Position numbers and translations under genes: made by a program
Notes under the pieces: model-generated
What the model was told of the DNA's origin: nothing
What the model saw: only the letters and a program-made list of their open reading frames with translations
Database searches by the model: none
DNA from: Octopus vulgaris
Lineage: Eukaryota
DNA: 64,000 nucleotides
Assembly: GCA_951406725.2 (NCBI GenBank)
Contig: OX597821.1
Span: 107,012,001-107,076,000 of the forward strand
Direction of reading: 5' to 3'
Shown here: piece after piece, positions 40,043 through 54,150 of the stretch
Layout: every line of letters starts with the position of its first letter
How positions within the stretch are numbered: the first letter of the stretch is position 1

Positions 40043-40940
40043 TTTTTTTCTTTTTGGTTCTGTTTTGTTGTTTGTAATTACAACTTCTTCAATAGCTGCT
40101 TCAAAGTCAACAGTTAAAACCAACAAGCTGTTTCTCACTTTTCTAGATCTTCTAATATCTTATAATGCTTTGTACTGTTTCATGTACGTAACTGTATATT
40201 ACTGGTTGTTTGAGACTGTTATATGTACAAGTACAAAATCAATATTTTACTGATATCAATTAGTTTGTATTATATCAAGCATTGTTTCAAAATGGACATC
40301 AGTAAGTTAATAAGCTCGTATTATATCTGCCTTTTAAAAGAGCATTGATATTTCTTTTGATTAATATAGTAGCATGCATCTATGATTTAGTTTCTCCGTA
40401 CTTAGATATTACTTTTAATTAGTTCTTATTGATGTCGTATAAGTATTAAAAAAATCCACTAAGCTTAAAAGAGCTCATGCAGGATCACCGTCTAATAACT
40501 GAAACTATTAAAAGAATAAAATTAAAGCTTTTTAAGACACATAGGGATTAGAGTCTATAAATTAAAAGAACATTCACGCATACACAAAATGGAATATCAG
40601 TATGAATATTTATATATAGGTACATACATGCCTACGTACATAAATACACGTACACACAGTCACGCACATAGCTTCTGAGTGTTTATCGACTTTAACAAAT
40701 ACAATAAATGACATATTGATGTTATATTCATATCTATTATTCAGTATTATATCAATTATTTTTTCAAAGTTTACTTGTATTGTTTGAGTAAAAGCTTTTT
40801 TGTTATATCTGCCTCATAAAATAATAATAATAATAATATTTATCTTTCTTCTAATGGATTTAAAAGCCGAAACACTTATTTAAAGATTATGTATTTGGAC
40901 GTTGTATACTTTTTCTTATGTAAGGTGACACGTTCATATA
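40043..40940 (-). promoter_or_regulatory. Upstream module of V6 (TATAAGA 40164-40158)
   Basis: CTAAGCTT at 40459, GGGATTA at 40544, GCCTCATAAAA at 40811. Confidence 0.6.
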
Positions 40941-41027
40941 CAATGTTCATATATACCGGTCAGTATTTATGCTTGTTTATATATATATGTGTATATGTGT
41001 GTGTGTATGCATACATGTATGTGTGTG

Positions 41028-41067
<40 letters not shown>

Positions 41068-41213
41068 TGTATGTATGTGTGTATATGACGTAAAGTATTG
41101 TTCCCACACAATAATGAATTTGCTAATTCGATATATTCTATGATGTACTATGTATTATAAAAAGATTTAAAAAATCAGATGACAGAATTTTATAAAATAT
41201 TTCTATAACTTAC

Positions 41214-41640
41214 CGATTAATTTAAACGGACTCCAGTCCAGATCATTGTGATCGAAAAAATTACGTTTATAGAAGTCACAAATATAACAGTAGTGTGTAC
41301 AGAGAATACAGTTTTAAATGAATCATTAACAATTATGTAAGTTGCAATACAACATCCATTAATAGAAACTAGTGTGATAAATCCCGAAGTCAACTGAAAT
41401 GATTCATTTACTAATTTCAGTATTGAACTCAGAGTATCGTGTGAGTTACATATTTCTGTAATTTCTTTATATTTCTGAAAGAAATACAAAGTGTTTGACT
41501 GCTTTTCTTCTACGTATCTCTGAGCCTCGCTCGCTACTTTATTAAACTCATATAGCAGTGCAGTCCCAATTGCAATATCCATATACCAATCAGGTATGAC
41601 AGCTGTAATTGACACAGCATTAAATACAATGTTTATTATT
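41214..41640 (-). pseudogene. GRL-like pseudo-exon V7 (closest to V8): 5' half deleted, K>stop just before the donor
   Basis: DWYMDIAIGTALLYEFNKVASEAQRY...GVRLN*S|GTAAGT; mid-exon joins directly to promoter sequence (41641-41820) homologous to 57005-57180. Confidence 0.88.
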
Positions 41641-41819
41641 GAGTTATTATATACAGCCTTCCGCTTTGTTTGTATGTAGGTATTATTTTTAATTTGTTGC
41701 TATGGATGTAAAGTATAAGTCAAATTGAATATAGCACGCTAATCTTCTTAAAAGCGTATGAACATTATTTGCATTATATTAAACCAATATTTTTGAAAGC
41801 GTGTAAGAAGATTAATATA

Positions 41820-42318
<499 letters not shown>

Positions 42319-45300
42319 ACTTAGAATAACTTAGAAAGGTTTTGGCCAGTATTGGCCCAGGCCATGTCTAACTTAATAGCACCACCTGGCGAAGTCTTTC
42401 AGTTCAGGATTTGAGCACCAAGGCCCATTCGAGCAGAGAGTTATTGTTTGCGGAGACATATCCGGGTGTGGGTGGTTTGTCCGGTACTGTTTGAAGGAAT
42501 TTGTCCAAAGACTTCTTGAATTTTGTGTGGTCAGTTTCTTTTTTGACGTGTCCTGGTGTAATGTTGAAGAGAGCGGGTCCAATTGAGGTGAAATAGTTGT
42601 GCCGTATTGTCGTTATGTGATGCGATTTAGATTTTTGTTGTGGACGGATGGCACGTGGTCCAAGCCTTGGATGTATTTTGAAGGTGATGCCAACATCATT
42701 CGGACAGTGCTGATGGAATATTTTCCACATCATACAGATAATGTAGCGTTCACGGCGTCGTTGGAGTGAATACAATTTCAGCTTCTCTAGTCTACCCCAG
42801 TAGTCAAGGTCTGACATGCCATCTATCTTTTTTGTGATTGACCTTTGGGGAGCTTCAATTCTCATAATATTTTGTTTTGTGTAGGGAGACCACAGTGGAC
42901 AGCAGTATTCAAGGTGGGATCGGGCAAAAGTGGAGAAGAGAAGGATAATAGCGTGGGAATCTCTCGACTGGAAGGTTCTGAGAATCCAGGAACACATTCT
43001 GCGGGCCATGTCAACTTTGCTGCTTATATGTGTAACCCAGCTTATGTTGTTGTCCACTGTTACTCCCAAGTCTCTGATGTTGTTGGATGCCATGAGAATT
43101 TCTCCAGAAGGAAGAGAGTATGGGAGTTTCAGAGCGTCCTCCCTTCCAAAGTGGATCAGTTCGAATTTGTCTTCATTTAACAACATGTTATTCTTTTCCG
43201 CCCATTGGACAACAGCCAGTAGGTCTGACTGAAGGTTTATTCGGTCATCCACGCCATTGATGACCTTCTGGAGCTTGGAATCATCAGCGAAGGTTCTGAT
43301 GTTACTGTGTTTGATGGTGTCAATAATATCATTTATGTAGATGATGAAGAGAAGTGGGCCCAACACAGTGCCTTGTGGGACACCACTGCTGACTTTGGCT
43401 GGGCTGGATTTGACTCCTTCGACTACAACATGTTGGGTTCTGTTAGACAGGAAGCACTTGATCCACTGCAGCAGCTTTCCAGTGACACCAATATTGGACA
43501 GCTTTCTCAGAAGGATCTTATGATCAACCCTGTCAAAGGCCTTGCTAAAATCAAGGTAGATGACATCAGTGTTGGAACCTTCTCCCAAGGCTCTCAAAAT
43601 GTCATCGAAGTGATGCAGTAGCTGCGTCAGGCAATCTCTCCCATTACGGAATCCATGCTGGTTGGGGTTCAGCATATTATGACTCTCAAGGAAGTGAGTC
43701 ATATGCGATCTCAGCACCCTCTCAAATACCTTGATGATATGAGAGGTGAGTGAGATTGGACGGTAATTCACGGCAAGCGATTTGTTTCCTTTTTTGAAAA
43801 CTGGGACAACAGACTGGGATAGAAGGTCTTCTGGTATATATCCAGCATCCGGTGAGTTCCTCCACAGATTGGCTAGAGGGGGTGCAAGTTGGTTTTGACA
43901 CATCTTCAAGACACAAGCAGGGAACCTATCGGGACCTACTGCTGAATTATGCTTCATTTCCTTTATTGCTGCTAAGACATCAGGAGCGCCAAATGTTATG
44001 TCCGATAAAGTGTATTGGGGAGTAACATCACTGATACAGCCCAGATCAGTCATATCAGGATTGCTGAAAACAGAGCAATATTGTTTCTGCAATATCTCTC
44101 CCATGGTTTTGGCATTGTCTTGAAGAGTACCATTTTCATCAATCAGAGGGCCAACAGTAGAACCAGTGACTCTGTGTTTTTTTTGCAAATGAAAATAACA
44201 CTTTGGGATTGAGTTTGATCTTCTCAATGGCCCAGGCCTCTTCAGCTCTTCGCTGACTATTGATGATAGACGTCATGTTGTTTTGGAGTTTATGTTTTTT
44301 AATCTCTAGCGACGAGATGGCAGTCAGGTTGGTGTGTTGCTGTTGACAGTATATCAGAATGTTGATCTTTTTGTTAATTCTTTTAATTTTCCTTATGAGA
44401 GATTTTCTATTCCTGGGGATTCGACACTTAGATTTGTTTGCAGATCTTAATGGGGTGTGTCTTGCACATATGTTCGTGATGGTGTCTACAAGTGATTGCC
44501 AGGACTTTTTGATGTTAGTGGGTGTTTATGTGTGCGTGAAGGACCAATCGACTTGTGCAAGATAATTATTGATCGCTTCCCAGTTTGCATTGTGGAAATC
44601 CATAGTGTCAAATGGATGAACAGGAGGGATGACATTTGTCTTGCATTTTGGCCAGTGAAATCTCAGATCACAGAGAACCATGTCATGATCTGAGAGTAGG
44701 GTTTTCTCCACTGCAATATTGTGGATAGTATCAGTGAGATTGCTGAAAACTAAGTCTAAGACGTTTTTGTGACATCTCGTTGGTTCGAGTACCAGTTGGG
44801 ACAGGAAGAAATCATCCATGAAGTCAAGAAGCGATTCCACTGCCTTCCTGTCAGGGGTTGAGAGAGAAGAACCTGGCGGCAGACTGTTTGTAGACCAGTC
44901 AACCCCGGGAAGGTTGAAGTCTCCCATCATTAAAATGTTGTCAGGTTGACACTGCTGAATGAAACACTTTATGCTGTTGAGGCATTCCTTGAAGCATGGT
45001 AGGGACGTTTGGGGTGGTCTGTAGAGCCCAACTACTGTTAAGTTGTTGGTTTGACTGAATACAGCGACTGCTTTGCAGTATCCATTGGAAAATATGTTCA
45101 TGGCTTCTGTTGAGAATGAATCATGGACATAAATGGCAGTCCCACCCTTTCTTCTGCCAGCACGATCAGCACGAATGGTTTTGAAATTTTTAACTTTCAC
45201 CTCGGCTTCCAAGTGGAGGTCACTAAGATGGGTTTCAGTGAGGACGAAGAAAGGGATGTGGTTTGGATGGGCCTCTACCCAGTGCTCCAGGAATCTTATC

Positions 45301-47075
45301 TTCCATTTGTGTGTATTGGTGGAAGGGCTGATGCCTTGGGCATTAAGCAGAAATGTTGAGGCGAGAGTGGATGGTTTTAATTGTTTTGGTGATTTGTTCA
45401 TTTTATTGCTTTTTAATGGCATGTGCAGTGGGGTGATAGTGGTGGATGGTGGTGGGTGATAGCTCGGATGTTTTTTTCCAGTTCTTTTGCTAGATTCATT
45501 ATAGCTAAAAAAGAGGAAGAAGAGGTGGTTTCCTGTCTAGGGAACTGTAGGTGACTGTGGTTGTGGTTATTTTTATATGAGTGGTTATCTTTAAATGTCC
45601 GACGAGTCCCCGGGAGATGGGTAAAGGGGCAATCCCTGTGCAAACACAATCTGTCTCGCTGGGAATAGCGGCAGATTTGGGGATTCCTTGTTTGAGATAT
45701 TGGTGGTTGTGGTGATGTTGTATTATGGTGGTTGCTGTTGTAGTTTGTGGGGATAGAGCGTTTTGTTCAAGGTAAATGGGTGAATTTGCAGTCTCTATCA
45801 GTGCACAGTCTATGGCGAAGAGAATATCGGCAAATGATGGGGTTTCGAGTGGGTGTGTAGGTGCGTGTGTGTGTGTGAGTTGTGAAAGGTGTAGATGATT
45901 GTTTGTTGAAGTTTTGGCGACCTTTGTGACCTGTAGAAGGTAAATTCCTTGAGATAGCATTAGTAGTAGTAGTTGTAGTAGTAGTAGTAGGTAGAAGGAT
46001 GTTGACAGTGGTAATAATTGAGGAGGTCGATTCCAAGATGTTTGTCGATACATAGTGGGAGTAGTACTAGTAGTAGTAAGCAGAGGAGATAGTGTTGACA
46101 ATGATGATGATTGAGCTGCTGGGGCGGTGAAAGGAAGGGGTGGTACTTCCTGCTGTGTGACCCTGATGACTGGGGGGTCAATCGTTTCGTTTAGCAAATC
46201 GGCCATTGTAGATGAATCAAGGAGTGGTTCATCCTGTTGTTGTTGTTGCTGTATCTGTTGTTGTTGTTGTTGTTGCCGCTGAGGTTGTTGCTGCTGAAGT
46301 TGTTGTTGCTGTAGCTGTTGTTGTTGTTGTTGCCGCTGAGTTTGTTGTTGTTGAGGTTGTTGTTGTTGTTGCGCCGGTGATGCGTTCGAAGAGAAAACAC
46401 ATCTCAGTTTATCGAAGTGTTTATTTATTAATTTAAAAGCAACTTCGATTTGTTTTAATTTATTTTGTATCTGCTGTTCAGATCGAGTTTGCAAATGGTG
46501 AACTGTTCGTTTAGCAATTTCGTTCAGACACGAAGCACCTATGCTCTCTGTTTCGGTAAGGCCATGCCATGTGTTGATAAGAACGTCGACTTCATTATCA
46601 GACCAGTTTTTGTTGGATTTTTGGTGGCTAGCCATTCTGGTTGATATGTTTTATTAAATTTTATTTTGTTCGTTTGTTTTGTTGATTACTTTTAATTATT
46701 ATTTTTTTTTTTAAGGAGAAGTATGTAGAATAGATTGTACAGAATGTTTGCTGTAATACTGAGAAGTTTGTATTTGAATTATGAGCTTGTAGTTATTTTA
46801 TCTTTCTTTTCTTTTCTTCTTTTCCCTCTTTTTCTAATTTTTTATGTGTGGGTGATCCTTTAGTTATCAGAAGGTGTTTGAAAATATTTGGTCGTTTGAA
46901 AATTATGAAAATAGTTTGTGGTTAAGGAAAAGTCTACTCACGAGTTTGAAAAAAGCATGGTTTCAAATATACAGGAATATATGTGATGGTCAATTTCGAC
47001 GAATGTAGCTGTGAAGCTTGCTGCTGACCGGCGCAGAGAGGAGTAAAAACACTTCTTTATACTTCAGCAATCATG
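42319..47075 (-). mobile_element. Near full-length CR1/L2-group LINE (ORF1 + APE-RT ORF2), few disablements
   Basis: APE ORF 44526..45422 (LNAQG, LTETHL, GDFN, LSDH); RT ORF 42404..44227 (QHGFR, DFSKAFD, GVPQGTVLGPLLF, FADD, LYSLQRRRERY); tail of TCTAAGTTA-like repeats. Confidence 0.9.
45413..46635 (-). pseudogene. LINE ORF1: Myb/SANT-like N-terminus, polyQ, two CCCH fingers
   Basis: WSDNEVDVLINTW; CRYSLRHRLCTDRDCKFTH and CRYSQRDRLCLHRDCPFTH read across frameshifts. Confidence 0.65.
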
Positions 47076-47247
47076 CCATATATATGTATGTATATATATA
47101 TATATGTATGTATATATATATATGTATGTATGTATATATATGTATGTATGTATATATATATGTATGTATATATATATATATGTATGTATATATATATATG
47201 TATGTATATATATATATGTATGTATATATATATATGCATATATATAT

Positions 47248-50203
47248 AAACTTAGATAAACTTAGATATGTTTCGACCAAAGATTGGTCCAGGCCATGTC
47301 TAACTTAATAGCACCACCTGATAGGATTATTCGAATCCTGTTTAAGTCAAGTTCTGTTCAAGTAGTGAGTTCTTGTTGGGTGAGTTGTATCCAGTTTTGT
47401 TCAAGTAGTGAGTTCTTGTTGGGTGAGTTGTATCCAATTATGGGTGGCTTATCTGATATTCTTTGAAGGAATCTATCCAGACTCTGTTTAAAGTTGATGG
47501 GATCCTTTTCCTCTTTGATCTCTCTTTGGACAATGTTAAATAGGGCAGGGCCTGTTGAGGAAAAGAAATTATGTTGCACTGTACATGTATGTTGTGATCT
47601 TGAATTGGGCAGGGGACGTATAGCCCGTGGTCCAAGTCTTGGATGAACCTTGAAGCTAATGTTTAGGTCGTTTGGGCAAAGTTGGCGGTATATTTTCCAC
47701 ATCGTACAAATGATGTACCGCTCACGGCGACGCTGGAGGGAGTAACGTTTCAAGGCTTTAAGGCGATCCCAATAATCGAGAGCAGCCATGCCTTCAATGC
47801 GTTTAGTGAGTGCCCTCTGGGGTGACTCAATTCTGGAAATGTTTTGTCTTGTGTGAGGAAACCACAGTGGGCAGCAGTATTCAAGGTGTGACCGTACAAA
47901 GGAGGAAAAAAGTGGTATGATGACACCTTGTTCTCTGGACCGGAAAGTTCTTAAGATCCAGGAACTCATCCTACGAGCTATATCGACCTTCTTGTTGATG
48001 TGTGCACTCCAACTGAGATCGTCATCAACAATTACACCCAGGTCTCTGATATTGTTAGAGGCTGTGAGCGGTTTCCCTGAAGGAAGAGAGTATGGCTGTT
48101 TTAGTGAGGAGTTTCTTCCAAAATGCATCAGCTCAAATTTTCCCTCGTTCAGTTGCATTTTGTTTCTGTCTGCCCATTGACTCACAGCATATAGATCAGA
48201 CTGGAGTTGAGTTCGGTCTGCTTCTTCATTGACGATTTGCTGGAGCTTGGTGTCATCAGCAAATATTTTCACTTTGCAGTAATGTACGACACTGGAAAGG
48301 TCGTTTATGTAGATTATGAAGAGTAGCGGACCCAAGACAGTCCCCTGGGGGACACTGCTGGTTACTTTTGCTGGGCTTGAGTGGACTCCATCAACTACAA
48401 CATGTTGTGTTCTATTCGCCAGGAAATACTTGATCCAGTGTAGAACTTTTCCACGGATTCCAACATTTGCCAATTTTGAGAGTAGGATAGTATGGTCTAC
48501 CCAGTCGAACGCTTTACTGAAGTCAAGATATATGACATCAGAGTTCGAACCTGTTCCCAAGGCCTTGAGTACATCTTCAATGTGGTTTAAGAGCTGTGTT
48601 AGACAGTCCCTGCCACAGCGAAAGCCATGCTGATTTGCATTTAGGAGTTTCTGGGTCTCCAGGAAGTCAGCCATCCTTGATCTTAACACTCTTTCAAACA
48701 CTTTGATGATGTGGGAGGTGAGTGAGATTGGGCGATAGTTGAGTGCGAGGGATCTGTTTGCCTGTTTGAAAACCGGGATGACTGACTGGGATAGAAACTG
48801 TTTTGGTATATAACCTGCATCTAACGAGTTTCTCCAGAGGTTGGTCAGAGGGACTGCAAGTTGGTGTCTACATTCCTTCTGGAGACTAGCGGGGAATCTA
48901 TCAGGGCCTACAGCAGAGTAGTATTTGACCTCATTTATTGCTGCTACGTTGTCAGTGGGAGTGGAGGTTATGTCTGAGATTTTATGTTGGGAGTCAACTT
49001 CGTTCGCTTCTCTTACGTCAATATCAGTGGGAACACTAAAGACAGAGCAGTATTGTTTCTGCAGTATTTCTGCCATTTCTTTAGCATCGTGTTGGGGAAT
49101 GCTGTTAGCATCAATCAATGGCCCAATGGGTGAGACAGTGGTTCTATGCTTATTTGCATAGGAATAGAACACTTTTGGTTTCTGTTTGATGTTTTTGATT
49201 ACCCACTGTTCCTCCGCAGCTCTTTGGTTTTCAATGGAGGTTTTCATGTCGTTCTGCAGATGAAGTTTTTCCAGCTCTAGCCTTTTCATTGTTGTTGAAC
49301 GTGGATGTCGTTTGTGGGAATATTTTAATTGGTTGATTTTTTTGTTAAGTCTTTTGATGCGCCTGATGAGTGTTTTCTTCTTTTTAGGGAGCCGATTTCT
49401 GTTTGTGTTAGTAGATTTCGTGGGAGCGTGTTTAGAGCATGTATATGTGACAATGTTTTCAAAGTGCCGCCATGCGGTCTCAATATGGGTGGAATTGAGA
49501 GTTAAAAGACCAGTCGATGAAAGACAGATCCTTTCTGATTGCTCCCCAGTCCGCTTTGTGGAGGTTTATGTTATCAAATGAGTGCCATGGAGTGGGATTG
49601 GCTGGTTTGGTTTTTATATGTCGGGAAGTGAAATTGCAGAGTACCATGTCGTGATCTGAGAGGAGAGTTTTTTCAACTGAAATACTGTGAACAAAGCTAG
49701 AGTGATTGGTCAATACCAGACCCAAGATCGTTTTATTCTGTCTCGTTGGTTCGAGCACAAGCTGAGTCAGGAAGTATTCACCCATTAGATTAAAGAGCAG
49801 TTCCGCTGCTGCCCTATCTGATGTAGAGCACTTGCCTAACTTTAGAGTATTTGTGGGCCAGTTCACATGAGGGAGGTTAAAATCACCCATCACTAGAATG
49901 TTTCCGGAGTGGTAATTCCGAAGGAAGGACTTGACTTTGCTAAGGCACTCTTCAAAGCACTTTAAAGGTGCTTGGGGAGGCCTGTAAAGACCAACAATGA
50001 CTATGTCCTTGGCCTTGCTGAATAGTGATACAGATTCTCAATAGCCATTGGAAAATATGTCCTTGGCATCAAGTGAGAAGGAGTCATGGATAAAGATTGC
50101 TGTCCCTCCCTTATTTCTGTTTGTACGATCCGCACGAACAATGGTGAAATCTTTTATTTTCACCTCGGCGTCTATGGGTGTTGTTCAGGTGAGTCTCGGT
50201 AAG
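47248..50203 (-). mobile_element. 5'-truncated CR1/L2-group LINE (sister subfamily)
   Basis: RT ORF 47358..49289 and APE fragments up to LTETHL at ~50200; 3' end CAGGTGGTGCTATTAAGTTAGACATGGCCTGG shared with the 42319 element; 43-bp tandem duplication at 47351-47436. Confidence 0.9.
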
Positions 50204-50204
50204 G

Positions 50205-50231
50205 ATATATATGTATGTATATATATATATG

Positions 50232-50265
<34 letters not shown>

Positions 50266-50313
50266 TATATGTGTATATATATATATATGTATGTATATAT
50301 ATATATGTATATA

Positions 50314-50396
<83 letters not shown>

Positions 50397-50662
50397 GTAT
50401 ATATATATGTATATATATGTATATATATATATATGTATATATATGTATGTATGTATATATGTATGTATATATATAATCAATCTGCGAAATTAGTTTTCTG
50501 TTCATTTGATTTCGCGAGTACAATAATAAGAATATTGATAAGCGTTGATTCGAAATTGATGATTTCAGTTATTTCTTTTATTTGCCACACATAAGATTTT
50601 TTGTTGCGTAGTTGCATTGCATTACCTATGTTCCCCGATGCAAGTGTGTTTGTACGTGTATA

Positions 50663-50695
<33 letters not shown>

Positions 50696-50853
50696 GAGTT
50701 TGATTTATTGTATGTCTGGAAATGTAGGCTGATCGTGTGCATGTACATGTACACATACAAACACACACACATATATATATATATATGCAAATGTAAATAT
50801 ATGCGTATGTATATATATATATATATATATAAATATATATATATGTATGTATG

Positions 50854-50902
<49 letters not shown>

Positions 50903-50913
50903 GCATATATATG

Positions 50914-50964
<51 letters not shown>

Positions 50965-51001
50965 ATATATATATGCATATGTATGTATATATATATGCAT
51001 A

Positions 51002-51051
<50 letters not shown>

Positions 51052-51060
51052 CGCATATAT
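50205..51060. repeat. (TA)n/(TATG)n microsatellite blocks
   Basis: Direct reading. Confidence 0.9.
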
Positions 51061-51062
51061 TT

Positions 51063-51339
51063 ACAACAAAAATCTAAATCGCATCACATAACGACAATAC
51101 GCACAACTATTTCACCTCAATTGGACCCGCTGTCTTCAACATTACACCAGGACACGTCAAAAAAGAAACTGACCACACAAAATTCAAGAAGTCTTTGGAC
51201 AAATTCCTTCAAACAGTACCGGACAAACCACTCACACCCGGATATGTCTCCGCAAACAATAACTCTCTGCTCGAATGAGCCTTGGTGCCCAAATCCTGAA
51301 CTGAAAGACTTCGCCAGGTGGTGCTATTAAGTTAGACAT
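51063..51339 (+). mobile_element. 3' fragment of the 42319-type LINE in opposite orientation
   Basis: Near-identical to the reverse complement of 42365-42641. Confidence 0.9.
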
Positions 51340-51344
51340 TCAAT

Positions 51345-52830
51345 TTCTATATGGCTGCAATTAGTCAGACAAGGATGTTTAATGCGCAAGCACCAGCGCC
51401 CATTTTCGATGACTATGAGATATTTTCATCGTGTAGTTTGTCGGGAGTGGGCGGCAGGGTAGCAGTGTTACTCCGAAAATCCTTAGATCTCGAAGTAAAA
51501 TCAATCTTCTAGGACCCGGATAGCAGGTAAATGTGTATGATAGCGAAGTTCAACAGGAACTGGAAAGCAAAGATTCTTCAGGTGTTTAGAAACATTGCTG
51601 GAAACGTCTTGAAGTTTAGTACTTGTAGTGGACTGGAATAGTATCTTGGATGCATGGATGTCTAGGTCTACTACATATAAGGAGCGCGTGCAAAAGCCTC
51701 GAAAACCTACTCAGACTCTTCCAATTGTCTGATAGATATTGTCTGGATTTCTCTGATATGTCATTGTGAACATGTAGCAACCATAATGGGGTATCCAGAT
51801 CGTGTCTAGATAGAATATTTGTTATGTTATTAGATATGGATAGTGCAGCTTATCCACAATTTCAATTGGTTGGCTGCACAGATCACAAATTCGGATTTTG
51901 ACATTCAAGTTAGATAGGACCGTAGACAAGGACCCGGTTACGCGAAGTTAAACGCCTCCTTTCCGACACGAAGAGACTACAGGAACCGGATGAGGGAACT
52001 AGATAAGCCACAGTTTACGAGGACAATCGTCAATAACCGGATGTGGCATTGCAACCGATGTGTTAGCGGCCAAAATGGCCCTTGATCACTTATTCGAAGG
52101 TTGTTAGAGTTAAGGCTCGTGCACTCAAACATCAAGGAACTAACTGTCTGATCGACCCGAACTGTAGCGATGCGTCAAAACCACAAAACCACAAAACCAC
52201 AATCAAGTCTTTAACAGATCGGGAGGGGTGCGTATTACTCGGCGAGTGTACGGCTTTTTAGCAGTATTTCGCGCAGCTTCTTGGGGTGGGCGATGGCAGT
52301 TGATGACGGTTCATACCTAGACGGCCTGCAACGGATCTCGACTGCTGATGCGAGATGATATGAAAGGCCAATAATAGCAGCTGAAATTTAGTAGGCGATG
52401 AGCGATTGTACAGATCCCAGATCGCCCAGCTTGGATGGCTTACCCTATGAATTCTTTTTAGTCATGTCAGATTTATTTGGTAACCACTTGGCAGACATTT
52501 ACTGCAACTGGCAACAGAGCGGGAGAATTTCTAGTGTTGTTAGCCGATGCGTGGTAAGACTGCAGAGGAAGAAAACCGACAATGGTGACGGATTAGGGAA
52601 TTTTCGGCCCATAATTCTGCTTAACACAGAATTTAATATTTTGCGCATGGTTTTAGCGAAAAGGTTGGTGTTTGCCATCAGTAACCTGGTCGGAGAAGCG
52701 CAAACGTGCGCAATCCAAAGCAGGGCTATCCACGACAACTTCCACCTTATGCGATACATCATAGGGAGGGATTTGACCAAAGCTGACTATGGGGTGCTCT
52801 GATAAATTTGGATCGATCGAAAGCATTCGT
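51345..52830 (+). mobile_element. Old, heavily decayed Tx1-like ORF2 fragment
   Basis: SPSLDGLPYEFF, NFRPIILLNTEF, LVGEAQTCAI, IHDNFHLMRY; same family as 19894-23260. Confidence 0.85.
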
Positions 52831-53349
52831 TTAATTATATGCAAAAACCCACGTTTTATGTGTGTCTTTCTGTTGCCCCCACCATCCTTCGCCGTGGTGG
52901 CAAATAAATGAAATTATTATTATTATTATCATCATCATCATCATCATCATCATCATTATTATTATAGGAATAAGTATAAAGAGAAGAAAGAAAGAAAGAA
53001 AGAAAAAAAGAAAAGTTATTTGGAAATGCAGACACATCAGAAGACGTCTTCCGAGAAGGATCTGGAGGAGTAGAAGAAGAAGTAGAAAAAGAAAAAGACT
53101 ATTAGGAAGTGCAAAATGATCCAAAACGAATTTCGTAAATTAAAGATGACGTCCTCCAAAAATTCTGTTTAACAGATCAGTAATTGTTATTGAAATTATT
53201 AGAATGTTGTTTTAAAGACTGTGTGCATTTGTGTGTGTATATGGGTTCGTTTCTTTTTGTTTGTAACCGTGCATTGTATAGTTTATTTTTGGTTTTATGT
53301 CTATTCTGTTCTTATTAATATTAATGAAAGCAAACACAGGATAAGTATT

Positions 53350-53560
53350 TTTTTCCTACTCTAGGCACAAGGACCAAAATTGCGGGTGAGTGAGGCAGGT
53401 AATTAGATCGACTCCAGTACGCAAATGGTACGTAATTTGTCGACTCCGAAAGCTTGAAAAGCAAAGTCGACCTTGGCGGAATTTGAACTCAGATCGTAAA
53501 GACAGACAAAATGCCGCTAAGTATTTCGCCCGGCGTGCTAACGTTTCTGCCAGCCCACTA
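53350..53560 (-). mobile_element. SINE family A, tail type 2
   Basis: Matches 13836-14040 in reverse. Further family A copies at 54290-54505 (+) and 54915-55160 (-). Confidence 0.8.
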
Positions 53561-53699
53561 CCTGGCAAGTGTACAATATTATTAACATAGTTAATGAGGT
53601 TTGCAATCAGATGTACTGAATGCAGGATATAAAATGCAAAGACACAGACAGAGCTAAAATCGTTGACATAAAATATACAAGTTCAATTTTTATGTAAGA

Positions 53700-54150
53700 T
53701 CTTTAGTTTTTCAATTTTAACTCTATAATGAATTTCGTGTAAGGAATATTTGAAATTTGTTGCTGTGGATTTATAATATATATCAATTTAAACATTGTTC
53801 GCTAAGCTTCTTAAAACGTACAAAACTTAGATTCTATGAATTAAACGAACACCTTTCCAAGCGTATAGAAATATAAATATGAATAATAACACACACACAT
53901 ACACACACGCACACATACTCACATATACACACACCCTCACGCACAGACACATATATGAAATTTATGCCGCAAGTGCAATTATGGGAATAACGATGTTTTA
54001 TTGAAATCAAGTTGTTCCCATTCTATAGAGCATTGGTTCCGAATTCACATTTCTTGAGTAAAAGGCCGTTTCTCTACTGCATAAAAGAATACTTCTAATT
54101 CTTCTAATGAATATGTTAGCGTGAGCATTAATGGTAACAATTTATTACGT
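53700..54150 (-). promoter_or_regulatory. Orphan or displaced receptor upstream module
   Basis: GCTAAGCTTCTTAAAA at 53801; gagcattggttcc..ttgagtaaaag..tgcataaaagaa..ttctaatgaatatgttagcgtg matches 13480-13590. Confidence 0.55.
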
